Positions 38,460 to 52,556 are shown, counted from the first letter of the whole stretch. The stretch: DNA of 62,048 nucleotides, filler included, from Sphacelaria rigidula (GCA_964200075.2; 11 parts of 11 records of this genome joined end to end with filler, not necessarily neighbours in it), one strand, 5' to 3'. The notes: generated from the sequence alone by a model not told the origin. Made by a program: numbers and translations.

Positions 38460-39156
38460 CAGTCTGAACCAGCTATCACGCCTTGTATGGCCACCTCCGC
38501 CGTGGCTGTGTTGAGAACCGGTTTCGCGGTGAGGCTGTCGAACAATATTTCTGTAGTGCAACGCGCTTGCAAAATCCGAGCCGTTTCTTTTAATTTAGAA
38601 CCCGCATCAGCTGTGGTTTGAATATCCCTCCTGACAGCCCCAACCGGGGTCTGACCCAGGGGCGGAAAGCGCTGGCACCCTTCCCCTCAGATAGGATTTG
38701 TAACAACCTCAGGGTTAGGATTAGACCCCAGGGGAAGTCTTGAAATATCGGATGGTTTTCTTGGAAAGCAGTCGTTCATTGTAACGGGTATAAAGCGTTC
38801 AAGCAAGGCAACTTCGATTTTGAACAGGGAAAGATGTACTACGATACCCCTAAATACTATTCTACATGTTTCATTCCGAGCGATCTACCCCAAATACCCC
38901 CAAAATAGTCACAAATCCTATCTGAGGGGAAGGGTGCCAGCGCTTTCCGCTCCAGGATAAGACCCCGGCTGGGGCTGTCAGGAGGGATATTCAAACCACA
39001 GCTGATGCGGGTTCTAAATTAAAAGAAACGGCTCGGATTTTGCAAGCGCGTTACACTACAGTAGTATTGTTCGACAGTCTCACCGCGAAACCGGTTCTCA
39101 ACACAGCCACGGCGGAGGTGGCCCTACAAGGCGTGATAGCTAGCTGGTTCAGACTG
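38460..39156. mobile_element. Foldback element with ~245-bp near-identical inverted arms
   Basis: 38460-38704 is the reverse complement of ~38908-39156; ~200-bp spacer. Confidence 0.92.
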
Positions 39157-39999
39157 AACAGTGGATCCTGGAAAATGGGGTTCATCTAAAAAATGAGGTT
39201 GAAGTGGTATTTATTTTTTGCAGGGATCACGCGAAACACTTACGACCGAGCGAAGCCAACTTCCTCCCCAAATGTCCGCAGTAGTTGAGCAGCTGTGGCT
39301 AGGTGCACCTAACTAACTCGAATGCGGTGTACACGCGTGTCGATGACGATATCACCAGAGAGAGAAGCAACGACAGAGAGGAAGCTCCTCGCCCGTGTCC
39401 TTCGTGTGTCCTCGCTGAGCGATTACCAAACTCTCGAGAGACTGGCATCANNNNNNNNNNNNNNNNNNNNNNNNNNNNNNNNNNNNNNNNNNNNTTAATT
39501 AATTAANNNNNNNNNNNNNNNNNNNNNNNNNNNNNNNNNNNNNNNNNNNNATGAATTTAGGTCAGGGAAAGCACGGCTTTTGAGTCGAACCTTTTTTATT
39601 TCCTCAACCCCATTTTCGAAAATCGGCTGTTAATAGCGCGCCCTACATCACGGCTGACCTGGGGAAACACTCGGTAGTCGGGTCCTTTGGGGGGGAGAAT
39701 CGTACGCGTCTACTACTTAAGTGCACAGCCGCGATACCATCAGCAACATCCTCCACGTCGATATTCTGTCTAGAGCTGTAGAGCAACCAGAGTTGAGAGG
39801 CGTCTTCGGGGGATGCTGCTGCGGTCGGGAACTCTTCCGAGTGCCGTTCATCTATATCTATATTATCTTTTTGAGCTACCGACAAGTCAAGCGGCGATGG
39901 GCAGAGCCGATTGTGTGGTGGGGGAACTATACTTCAAAACCCTTGAACACCCTTTATCTTTACTCGTGAAGTTGGAGTAGAGCGACGAACAGGATTCAC

Positions 40000-42948
40000 A
40001 TGGCGGACAATGACGGTTTTCTAGGGGTACTGAAACTCTATTCAAAACTCGATGCCAGAGACAAAGGGAGCTTCCGGGGATATAAAGACAAACTCCGGGT
40101 GATCCTGTCCCTCCACCACAAGGCGGCCGCAGAAATCCTGCAGGAGCGACAAAGACTCGGACGCATCGTAATTTATGATGACCAACCACCCTGTGATACA
40201 ACAGCTTCAGTGGCGTGGGATCGTGCCAACAATGATCTGTTTAGTATTCCGTTTTTTAGCACAGAAAAATCAGTAAACAATACCGTCAGACGTCATATGG
40301 GGAAAGCCCAACAGGATGGGGTCGGGGACGGACAAGCAGCGTGGGCAGCGCTGCACAACGAATATGACGGCAACAGCAAAGAGGCACGAAGGGACTGTCA
40401 TGACAAACTTCACACTACAACGATGCAGTCCGGGGATGATCCGGAATACTTCCTGTTGGTCATGGACGGCTACTGTGACCGCCTAGAGGAAATGGGACAA
40501 TGAAATAGGGCAATGTATACCCGACGAGCGTTACGAGGACATTTTCCTCCGAGCCCTGCCTGCCGAATACGAAAGGGTTCGTATTGCTAACTGCGAGAGG
40601 CGTGGTTTTGATTTGGCGGATCTCCGATACATGGCCAGCACCATGTATACCGACTATCTCTCTCGCCCAGATGCCATCAACTTGATCGTAGGCCACGGGG
40701 TCGCCATGCAGGCCAACGGAAGTGGCGATAGCAGAAGAAACCGCAGAAGATGCTTCATCTGCGGAAAGCGAGGCCACTTTAAACGAAATTTCCTCGCTCG
40801 AATCGCGACCCAAGCACTGACAGGGGGAGACAAGGAAAAGGGGACAGAAGGCAAGTGGTGCTCCTTCCACATGTCAACAACCCACAGCGACGAAGAGTGC
40901 CATTTCTTGCAACGGCACAACCACAGGCAGCAAATCTCACGCAGTGGTCAGGTTATCCACCCGTCACCAGTGCAAGGAAGCAGACCCCGGCCATCTCCTT
41001 CAATACCTTGGAAGCACCCAGAACACGGAATCCCCGGGAAACGGATAACCTTTGGCCGTTCGCTTCAACGAACAAACTCGTTGCTTTATTCGACAGCAGC
41101 GGACTCTTCGATGCCTTTGAAGGGGCGGATGGGGCCGAGGAGAGTCTGGAGTTGCGGCGGAGAGCTCACAACATATTGCGAGGAATCTAGGAGGCACTTT
41201 CTCCAACAGTCCGCGCGTTGGCAATAATAGCCGTGGTTCACTACGTCTAGTTGATGTTTGGGAGCTCATTATACCACCGAGCCACGTCAAACCCCGACGA
41301 CAACGCTGAAACAGTTGGCGGTATCACCGACGCTGATGATGGGTCGACTCTCGCGGCGGGACCCGCTCTCGACAAGTGGAAGGAGGGCAGCAACAGCTCT
41401 GTCAGCTCTGTCGGCTCTGTCAGTGTCATGGTAGACAGTGGCGCGTCGGGACATTACTTTGACAATACCCTCATCCCGGGCCTGCGGCACACACTCTACA
41501 ACTACCAGGAAGTGGCGATCCCGGGTAAGATCACTGCCGCAAGGGGGGACCAACTGGCGAGGGTTAGTAAGAGACTGCTCCGTGGACACATCAAAGACGA
41601 CGAAGGGGTCAAACGCCTGGTCCAGATTTCATGTTTTGTCGTGCCTGACTTGGGACGGAATCTGTTCTCCGTCAACCAATCGACACGCGATGGAGTGGTA
41701 TCTGTTTTCGAGATGAACAACCTAAGACTGGAAACAAACAACTTCACCTTTCCGCTCCAGAAGCTGGAGAGTGACCTGCGCTTCTTTCCTTCAGAAGTAA
41801 CTCGCGGCAACAACGCGCCTAGACTGGCTATGCAAGCTGCAGACGCCGCCACGCTGTGGCATCGACGGATGGGGCTCTTGAACAGGAATAGTTTGAACCG
41901 TCTTAAAACCGTCGAAAGTAACGAGGTGGTCTTCGGTGGATCTGTCCCGGACTGTGATACTTGTGCTGTTGGGAAAAGCCATCATCAAGCCAATCCGAAG
42001 ACAGCCGACAACGAAGTGCAACGCACCTTCCAACTGGTCATGACAGATTCGATGGGACCGATTATACCGGAGGCCCTCGGAGGCCTCAAGTACTATCTCC
42101 CGAGGCAGTCGGGGGACGACTGGTTAGGTATGGCTTTAACAGCAAGTGCTATCGCGCCTCCATTCCGTCCACTCGGCTAATCATGAAGAGCAGGAACGCC
42201 ATCTTCCTTGAGACGCCGTGTCTTACGCTGACGGGGGGATTACAGCATTTGACACACCCTTTACTACCCAGCGACGAGGAGCCCGGCGGTAGTACGGGTC
42301 ACAGCTACGCATCCAACGACGCCTTCATACGCGACCTTCGCAATTACACCTCTGTATTAATTCATCCGGCTTATGTCTTTGCCGACCATGCCACTGCCAG
42401 CGAGGGTTCTAGAAATTCACAAGGGGCCGAGCTTCTGGGGAGAATCAGCACCAGGCGAGATATGCACGACCGTGCGCCGACCCGTGGAGGGACGCCTTCA
42501 TACGCGACCTTCGCAATTGCACCTCTGTATTAACTCATCCGGCTCATGTATTTGCCGACCATGCCACTACCAGCGGGTGCTCTAGAAATTCACAAGGGGG
42601 CGAGCTTCTGCGAAGAATCAGCACCATCACCAGACGAAATATGCACGAGCGTGCGCCGACCCGTGGAGGGACGCTTCCGCGCGATGGTCTTCCACAGGGT
42701 GGTACACTGCCGGAGCAACTCGTGGCACACCCGCGATATGGATTTGGCGAACACATGGTGACACGGCTAGCAGAATCATCGCTACTCCGTTATCATCGAC
42801 ACTCACTTCATGGTGATATGTACACGCATGGCAGCCCGCAACTACAGGGAACAACAACAACATCAACATCAACATCAACATCAACATCAACATCAACATC
42901 AACATCAACATCAACAACAGCAACAACAGCAGCAACAGCAGCAGCAGC

Positions 42949-43028
<80 letters not shown>

Positions 43029-44418
43029 GAACAACAACAACAACAACAACAACAACAGCATCAACATTAACATCAACATTGACATTAACATTAACATCAA
43101 CATCAACATCACCACCACCACCATCACCATCATTATCATCGTCATCATCACCAGCAACAACAACACAACTACGACTTCTACCGCTGCTGCTGCTAATACT
43201 ACAAGGATTGAGTCGGCGTGCCGGGCTGGAAACAAGTCCCCCGCTTCAGTTGCGGCAGTTATTCCAATCTGCAGGATTCAGAGCACTCGCATGACGTCGA
43301 TAATAATTGAAGTTTACAACCTGGAGCGGTGGCAGACGGACACCAAGGTTCTGTAATGAATCAAGCAGAAACTAATGGGACGTTTTGTTTTACAGGCATG
43401 GGAGATGTATCCTTAGTGCTGAGAATGGAGGTTGTTCGTGACCATCATAGCAAGATAGTCAACACCAGCGAAACAAATTACACTAAGTCTCTCCAGGAAC
43501 GATACGGGATGGCAAACTGCAACACAGCGTGCACTTCTGGGGTGGGACAATGACTGTCACTGGACCAGCCGAGGGAAAAAATACTAAACCGGGAGGACAA
43601 ACAGCGCTTCTAGGCAATCACAGGCAGTGTGATGTATCTCGCTCAAGTGACCCGCTACGACATTGAATACGGCGTGAATCAACTGGCGCGGGCGATGTCC
43701 AAACCGTCGAAGGCGCATGTGGCAGCTGCAAAACATTTACTTCGATATTTGGCCAGCATTACGGACCATGGCATCACCTACAACCAGGGCGGTTTCCAAT
43801 TGACGGCTTTTTCAGAGGCGGACTGGGGCAACAAACCGGACAACGGGAAATCAGCATCATTATATCTTCTCTTTCGCTCAAATGGCCTCATCACTTTTAA
43901 GGTACCACAGGGCTACAAGGATTGACGGCGCAATCGACCATGGAAGCGGAACTCGCGGCCGCTGCACTCGCCATGAAGGCGGCCATATTTTTCTCGAACA
44001 TGATGCGGGAGATTGGAGTTGGCACACGCTTCGACTCCGTCCCCGACTACATCGCCAACACTCCAACTCTCCACGTCGCAGGCAACCGAACCTAAAGCTC
44101 GAGAGTCAAGCACGTAGCTCTACGGTACTTCTTCATTCAGGAATCAGTCAAGGGGGAAAGGATCGATATTCGTTACGTTAAGACCGAATACCAAGTCGCC
44201 AACATGGGAACCAAGTACCTCAGCAGACACAGGCACCGCCATCTCGTCAAGCTGATCAACATATTCAGAATCTGAGTTCCTTCTGGCTGTGGGGCCCGTT
44301 CTTATTTCGTCCTTGAGTACCGAGACGGTTTTACTGAGCTGGGTGGTTGGAACTAGTATGTGTCTGCATTGAGGGGAGTGTGTGAGGGAGTAAGCCTTGT
44401 ACTTGCGTTGAGGGAGAG
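40000..44418 (+). mobile_element. Ty1/copia LTR retrotransposon, degenerate and internally deleted
   Basis: gag with knuckle CFICGKRGHF, protease VDSGASGHY, pre-integrase LWHRRMG...CDTCAVGK, integrase start LVMTDSMGP, RT C-terminus MYLAQVTRYDI, RNase H FSEADWG...STMEAEL...KHVALRYFFIQE (stop 44273-44275), PPT GAGGGAGAG followed by TGTTGG at 44419; PR-INT-RT-RH order. Confidence 0.95.
42850..43170. repeat. Compound (CAACAT)n/(CAG)n/(CAA)n microsatellite inside the copia element
   Basis: Direct reading. Confidence 0.95.
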
Positions 44419-46372
44419 TGTTGGAAAATGAGGCTGTGGGGCTGACCTCGTCAACACCTCGTATGGTATTGTATTTGTATGAAGACATTGTGTGGATCGT
44501 CGGTACTACTCACGATAGTTTGGTCTGATATGGAGCGCAGCACGCTTTTTCCCAGACCACGCATAAGAGATGCCAGCGAGTCCCTCGTTGTTAAACTTGT
44601 GGTGTGGTGAAGCAGTTTTTTCCGATCTGGTGCTACTGCCGATGCGACGTGCTGTACCAAATAGTATACCGTACCAGTTCAAGAACAGATGTTCATGACA
44701 TAAACGCCACTGAAATGCTCTGGTCATCATGAACTGTGTACGAGACGCGGGAAGCGTAGTTTATGTCAAGTAATGCAAGGACGCAACCATACTGCAGTAC
44801 AGGCAGTTTTTAGTATTAGCATAAAATACGTGATTCGAACGAGACACAAAGCATTTTCATTACAAAACTTGGGCGTTTTGGTACTGAAAGGAGTCCACCA
44901 GTCCCTCCACTACCTACCGTAAGGAGATAGATGCCACGTGTAAATACAAGATAAGTAACGGGCAGACCAAGGGTCTGTCGAGCGAAAACAATTGGACCCC
45001 CCCCTCCCCCCCCCCCTCGCCCCGATTTCGGGTGGGGGACCTAGACCTGCCAGAAATAAGGAAGAGATAAACCAGTCGTCGAAAGGACGAGGAAGAAGAT
45101 NNNNNNNNNNNNNNNNNNNNNNNNNNNNNNNNNNNNNNNNNNNNTTAATTAATTAANNNNNNNNNNNNNNNNNNNNNNNNNNNNNNNNNNNNNNNNNNNN
45201 CTTGTTCGAACAACCGTCGCTGCTTTCAACAACGATCTGACTCGAAATTTCGAGCAACAAATGGCCCAAAATACCCCCCCCCCTATCGTAGGATGACTCA
45301 AATCCACATCATCAAACAAGATAGTGATAAGCGACGTACGTGTTTCCCAAACGTTACAGACTGGCTGGTGGTTGATCCAGATGCCGCTCAAATATTCGCC
45401 CTGGATATATATTTCTCGTACCCGCTATTCATACCAGAAGCAATTCAGCAACTGCAACCCTTATCACATAACGGGGGGAGGGGGCGGGTTGTCTAACCGG
45501 CGCTACGGTGGATCTTTGCTTATACCTATTGTTCGGGTCATCTGTTCTGGGTCACATCAACCACAACGATATTATCCCGCTAATCCGGTGAAGCCCGCTT
45601 GAAATGGTGGTACCTCCGCGTTTTTTATGTTTATTCACCGTAAAGTGTGTTTTACAGACAGTGGGAAATGCTATCGACCAACCCAGTTTGCAGAAGCATG
45701 TACGCAGGTGGTCTCGTCACGTTGCTCAGGCATCGAAATAACTCCGTTTTAATGCGACCGTTTCGACAGGCACCTTCCTCGGCAAGCACTTGAATCCAAT
45801 TAGTTTCTCTCTGGACACTGCTGCACCTTTTCAACAACCGACAAAGTGGTGAGTGCGAATCAAGCGAATGAAAACGGACTGCTGTTCATTTGGATGGCGC
45901 AAAAAACGTCTACCCCGCACGTGACAATCATCCCGCAAGATACGTTTGTACGTGCGTCCTTCGACAGGTGCATGGACCGAGAGGAATCTAGTCTGTGTGG
46001 TTTGACAAAATATCATCCTACTAGTACCAAGGCTGACGCACGGCGACAATGTGCAACAAAGTTTGAACAATGTGAAACAGATCTTAAGAAAGGACTGGTG
46101 CACAGCAACAGTATTATTAGCAAGGCTTCTCGATAGCAGCTGTCTGGATGTACAGCTGGCTGCCTCCAGATGCCTTGCATGTAACCCCGAACTATCACGA
46201 GGTACCTGTATGCGATTGACCTCTTGATGTAAGATCGTTGACCCGAGAGCTCAATAGAACTGTGGTCAGCGGATGCTCAGTGATGAGGCAGTAGAGGCAG
46301 TAGGAGACAAATCCCACGGTTGCAAAGTTGTTGTGTTGTGTATTGAGTGCTGATGCTACAATACTGGGTGCC

Positions 46373-46596
46373 TGTGACGCCTGCCAGTGAAAGCACTGTT
46401 GGATCACTACTGCTGTTGAGGGACTCCCCAGTCTTACTGGCCTCAGTTTCAGTTGTCAGCCTTTACAACATTCTCATTATTCAGGAGTGCCCTCGTAGGC
46501 ACAGCCTCCCAGACACGCCAGGGTATCAACCTAGTGTCCCCGGTCATTATCCAGATCATCACTACCAACTCAACGTAACGGCGTTATTTCGTCACA
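46373..46596 (-). repeat. 3' LTR of the gypsy element (224 bp, TGTGAC...GTCACA)
   Basis: Inverted termini; 46373-46428 is identical to 50500-50555. Confidence 0.9.
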
Positions 46597-49500
46597 GCAC
46601 TCCCGAAGCGCGTTGGTCGAAAATTGATCAAGAAGATTGACACATAGAAAACGCCAAAACGATGAGTAAGTCACAACTGAATACCAAACTCGTTCGAAAT
46701 GCGAGTAGCAACGGTACGAGTCACGCGCAATTACGCAACTCCTTCGCAAGAAGTTCCGGAGCAGCCTCAAAAATATCCTTGAAAGGCTCGCACGTACGCT
46801 CCTCAACTTCGAAAACAACCCAGTCGACCAACACGATCAACGAACGATCATCTGCTTCTGCCACTCGGACAATACCAGCCATCGGAAATTGCCCCTGATT
46901 GTAAGCATGCTGGAACATGTCCTTAGCGTCAGCCGTAACATTAAGCATAAAAACGCAAACGAACCACATGGGCGGTTTGAACACGACCTGAAACAATGTT
47001 CTGAATCTCAAACACGTGCGGGTGGTGAGCACCAACCGCTTTCCATGGACCAGTCCAAGTCGCCATCAACTTGGGCGTAACACCCGGACGACGCACGCGT
47101 GCATACAAGACATAATCGCTTACCCAAAAATTCGGCAATTTCAGTCCCGACGAGGACCCCTCACGTGTACGCGCACGTTCAGCGGCAACACGCTCCTGCA
47201 CTTGAACGTGGGAAGGTTTTTGCAAGTACAAGACTCCTTGCAATGCACTCATAATTTGAACAACGTCGAGAACATCACACTTCCATTCCCCCGCCGACGA
47301 TGACGCCAGCACCGAGAAAGACGTCCGAGGGGCACGACCAAACATCACGTGGTACGGCGTACTATCGTAACGACGACGATACACTGTATTGAGCGCCCAT
47401 TGCACCGACGGTAACGCGTCCACCCACTCGGTTCCGCTCTACGCTGCTCGAGAAAAATAGAGCGAAGAGCACGAACTACTTCCTTGACCATGCGTTCGCA
47501 CGTACCGTTAGACCACGGAGACTACGCTACCGCAAACTGGTGATCAACGCGGGAAAGCCTCTCGCAACCGGGCTAAGATCGCATTCTTGAAATGCGTGGC
47601 GGTATCACTCACCCACACACGCGGCACCCCGGAAGTATTGCACCAATTCAGCAAAGATGCGGCGGTGGATTCAGCAGTACACACTGCTACTGGTTCCAGA
47701 GCCACAAAGTTGCTCAAGTCATCCATGATTAGCAAAATGTATCGAAACCCAGCATCCTCAGACAAGCCTTGGGAAGCTAGCGGGCCACTCTCGCCCACGT
47801 ACGAGAAGTCAAAATGAACGACTTTATTCCGCGTGGTCCCATGGAGTGTTTCGTCGAGCGGGCGGGAAACACATCGCCCGCCCTCGAGGCAGCACAGTGA
47901 AGACACTGGTGGACAAATTTGCGCACATGAGTTTCATCTCCTGCAAGACACAAAAATTCTTGCAAGCGCACGAGTGTCGCAGCCACACCACGATGCCCGG
48001 CGTCGCGCATTTGCGCGCGAATGATCAAACGTACTTCCAACTGCTCGTCAGAACTCGGAATCCACAAAATGTTTCGGCCACGCACATGCACACGAAACAT
48101 ACCTTCCTTGTCCAAGATAGCAGTACCAACGTCCGACTCGAAAGATTGCACGTCCGCATATCCGGCCCCGAGGTCTTTTCGTGGCGCTTGGCGGACAACA
48201 GATTTGGACGGCATCGAGTCATCAGGTTCACACGGACCATACATAGCCACAGCGCGCACAGGCATTTGAATTTCAACAGTAGGCACCTGCATGACCAAAC
48301 TACCCCAATGGCACTCAAATGCATCCGAAAACATTGACACCTGGCAATCAGGACGAGGGTGGAGCAGCGTCACGGCATGAGTCACCAGATCCTTCGCTGT
48401 CGCCCACGCCTGCAGCCTGCCCTCCGTCCACGATGCAGCCTTCTTCGGAAACGCCACATCTGGACTGGATCACCCCGCCTGCAAATTCCGTGACAACAAC
48501 CCGAGCGCCAAAAGAGTCGCCATGCACAATGCCAACCAACTCGACTTCACTGGATCGTACCGCCGCGGCTTCGTCTTCACCGCGGACGCCCCAGGTTTTT
48601 GCTGAATACGCATGGGCTCCACGCGCGTAGGGGGATCACCCCGCAGCGCACGACGAAACGCTTTGACGCGGCAATGCAATATGCCGCGCAGGCGCTCCTC
48701 TTTTGAGATGCTGAGGCCTGTCGCCCCAGCATCCGTCACGCTCTTACCCAGCGCGAATTTCCAAGCGGACTCCTCTTCCTCCAAAATCATTATCATCTCC
48801 GGGCCGCGCTCTCCCGAGCGTTCCACCGCCACATCTCGCTCTTCAGTCACCTGACCTCCAGCCTCCTGAAACGCATCCACGGACAAGCTCACGCGACGAC
48901 TGCCGATAACGGCCGGCGTCTCAAAGCGTGGACCAGGTGGAGACATTCGCGTCTTCATGGAGTCTCACATCCGCCGAGCGTTGACTCCAATATCCTGAAC
49001 CATCGGCAACCCCAGAAGAATAACTCGATCCGACCACGGCATGATCGCAAACGAGATTAGAGGCAACTGCGCCGGCCCCCAGGAAGTCGTGAAAGACAGC
49101 TGGAGCGGAACAGTACGCTCTGTGACGTAAACATGCTGACTCGACGCGGTGACGGCCTGCCGCGCCCCGAGCGAAAACGGAATGCGCAGTGGCACACCCG
49201 GGAGAAGACGCTCCAGCATCTCTACAATCTGTACCGACAGACTCACATGGCCCGTCCAGTGTGCGCCAGAATCCACTTAGCCTGAGCCGCAATGGCTCCA
49301 CGCTCCCATTGATTTGAAAGGCCCAGCTCCGCAGGAACGTACCTGTCCGCAAACTCCACTGGCAATTTATTGGCTGATCGATGCGCCGCTAATTTCACCT
49401 GACGCTACGGCTGCGCAAGCTACGCAGGCTAAGACGCCCCGGCAGGTTCAAACGGCACCGCCGGTGGGTATGACTCTCAGCCAGGAGACCAAGAATTTGG

Positions 49501-50499
49501 CGAACCTCCGGCCAGCGCGTCAGCAGGCGTCGCGCCTGGCGCTGCTGCCGGTGTCGCCGCCGGCGCCACCGCCGGCGCCGGCGCAGTGTTTGACACTGTA
49601 TTAGTCGGTCCCACCTGTACCGCTCGTTGCGGAGCAGCAGCACCTACGGCGGCGCCGGATCCATAACCAGGTCCATGCTGACATCGCTGCCCCTGCTGTT
49701 GCTACCGGGGACTCGACTGCGACCCTCCACCGCCGGAGGATCCGCCGCCGCCACCACGATTACCTTGTCTTTTGTCCTTGTGCTGACGATGCTGATGGCG
49801 CACGGCATGAGACTGCCCAGACTCTCCACCGGAAGACGTTGGGCAATCGCGCGCGTACTGGCCGACTTGGCCACAACAGTGGCAAGTGCCCGCCGCATGC
49901 CTAGCATGCTTTTTGATCGCCGCAACCAATTGCGGCGGGGTGATTGTGATATCTTCATGCTCAAAACGAGCAATCACTTTCTGCACATAAGTTGGCACGT
50001 GTTGAGCCATTGGCACCACCTGATGTCGCACAGCACCCCTGCGGTAGCGTGCTTCATACGCTTCTTGTACTGAAAGCACTTCGTAATAAAAGTGCGAGAT
50101 GCACTCTCTGAGTACCTATCCCCGTACTGGGGAGGTCGTAATTCTCCCCGCATGACCACGGGTGTAACGGTTGACGTACCTCGTGAGCCGGTCGCCATAT
50201 CTGTAGCTGTAACCGGCTACCAGCGAACCTCTGCAGGCCAGCGGACCTTCGCGCTTGGCACTTTTCTAGCTTCGTCGTCGCACCACACAGTCGGAGGAGC
50301 CTCCAAACTCCCGCTGCACGCAGCTTCAGCAAGTCTCCAGTCTGGATCAATCACGGGCCAGCCACGTTTCTGCAGCCACCACCAGTTTGAAACCCCGTCA
50401 CGCGTCTGTGATGTCAGGTTGTCCCCAGCTACCAGACTCACCCCGCCGAAATGCTCTCCAGCAGGTCTCTAGCACTAGCACTAGCACTGATATCGATAT

Positions 50500-50555
50500 T
50501 GTGACGCCTGCCAGTGAAAGCACTGTTGGATCACTACTGCTGTTGAGGGACTCCC
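50500..50555 (-). repeat. Partial 5' LTR of the gypsy element, interrupted at 50556
   Basis: 56-bp identity with the 3' LTR, then an abrupt switch to unrelated TGTTGG... sequence. Confidence 0.88.
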
Positions 50556-51522
50556 TGTTGGAATAATTCGTGGTCGTGGCCCTGTCCTTACGACAGGCCA
50601 ACTACTGTTCAGCGAACAGTAGTATGCAGAGGTTGCACCGTGGTTGATTAGACCACTTGCTTCCGCAGCTTCAGAGTAAAATCAGTGAGACGAATGGTTG
50701 ATTGGGCGCTTATTTGGCCAACAAAAGCAGAACTCGCAGTTTCCTCTCAANNNNNNNNNNNNNNNNNNNNNNNNNNNNNNNNNNNNNNNNNNNNTTAATT
50801 AATTAANNNNNNNNNNNNNNNNNNNNNNNNNNNNNNNNNNNNNNNNNNNNGATATACTTACCAACATTAAGCAGCTGGAATGTCAGGTGAATCATTGAGA
50901 ATAAGCGACGACTGTAGTACTCAGCAGCGTCAGAGGTTGCCACTCCTACTTACCCCCTCCAGCTACGGCTGGCAGCAACGCGATTTGGGGCACAAGGCTC
51001 AAGCAATTACTGCACACAAAAAGGTGCGAACATGGATGATTCCGTTGGCACTTATCTTTGCATGTACACCGCACGGCACAGTAAGCCGGTGGTTCGCGAC
51101 CAACCACCAAGACACGTCGCCGCTGCCCTGACTTCGAGCTGAACGCCATGCATATCCATGACAGCGTTACATACAGATGAGCATATTATGTAGGACTGTC
51201 CTCTACTGTACCGTGCTCTGTGCTCTACTACCACTGTACTATATGGTGGTGCAGCGCTGCATCGCAAGAAAGAATCAGAGATGGGCGACTGCAGCCTGGG
51301 CAACGACAACGCAACCGTCTGGGGGAACTAAGCAGAGGCCACGGCAGGGGTCAAAAACGCTTTGGCATTCAGGTTTTATTTCTATTTTTGTAGGAGTTTT
51401 GGTTTGGTTCTTCCTCGGAATGTTCTTCTTTTAGAGCTTTCTGCACCGTGCCATATCCGCCATGTGGAACGTACTGTAGTTTCGCCTGTTTCTTTTTGTG
51501 TGTTTTTGTTTTTTGTTTGAAG

Positions 51523-51557
51523 TTAGTAGTAGTATTAGTAGTAGTAGTAGTAGTAGA

Positions 51558-51590
<33 letters not shown>

Positions 51591-51615
51591 AATAGTAGAA
51601 GTAGTAGTGGTAGTG

Positions 51616-51661
<46 letters not shown>

Positions 51662-51662
51662 C

Positions 51663-51718
<56 letters not shown>

Positions 51719-51725
51719 AGTAGTA
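51523..51725. repeat. (TAG)n microsatellite
   Basis: Direct reading. Confidence 0.95.
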
Positions 51726-52556
51726 GAAGTAACCACCAAGTACTACCGCAGTTTGAATGCGATTTTTCAGTCTGAGATGGCAGGGTACTGTATGCATGCA
51801 CTAGACTCTTCAGAGATCTTGAGCGTATGTGGTTGATTTTCATCATGTGTGTCATCATCTACGCAAAAGACCATCCAGCAAGACGCGTTTTTGGTCGTTC
51901 GTGAGGGTGAAACCCAAAATGGTCAAACCATATTTTATATTTCGGTGATGATTTTGTGAGAGGTGAGCAGCGAAAAAATGCCTCTGCAAATCGTTGACCG
52001 GGGGACCCGAAAACTATTATTTTATTCTTCAGTATTTTTTCCTCGTTGCTGGAAATTTCATCAGATCTGCCGGATTACCAAAACCCACTTTTTCAGATTG
52101 GAAGAAATGATCAGAGGGATGAACCGGGACCATACGCGGTGCGAAGGGCGATTTTGGCGCCAAGAAGTGCGGCTCGATCCATGAGGTTCAGGGCTCTCTC
52201 GTCAAAACACGTGGGCTGCGAGAAGATGCGGCGAGACACAAAAAGCGCTGACAGGTCCACGTCGTTTCTGATCTTGAGTGGCTTCATCAAAATGATAATA
52301 ACTTTTGGCGCGCAACCGGAAGGCTGAACAGGGAAACTTTCAGCATTTTCAGCTTTAAATCACGGGGCGATTAATCACAGGCCAAAACGAAATGACTTCA
52401 TATTTGGCCACATAGCTGTAACTCACAATCGTTGGAAATGCGATTCTTCTATAACAGAAAGGGATCTTCACTTCCCATCAGAATCCATCTATATGCCCCA
52501 TTTTCTCGCTAGCCATTGTCTTCGTATATTACAGCCCCCCAGAAGGTTCGTGAGAG

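Larger units (their letters stand above)
46373..50555 (-). mobile_element. Ty3/gypsy chromodomain LTR retrotransposon, internally deleted
   Basis: gag knuckle CHCCGQVGQYARDCP, protease DSGA, RT start and connection, RNase H start MFSDAF, integrase HRGVAATL..CLHC / HFDF..IMDDLS..WVSDTATHF, chromodomain VLVDWVVFEVEERTCEP; degenerate iMet-like PBS CGATATCAGTGC next to the 5' LTR. Confidence 0.95.

Noticed and set aside
42627..43294. Poly-Q, poly-T and poly-L ORFs (also 536-913, 13980-14258, 51369-51858)
   Set aside because: Microsatellite translations with no coding evidence.
50880..51434. Possible exons at the start of contig 10
   Set aside because: Splice-like signals exist, but no frame gives a recognisable protein.
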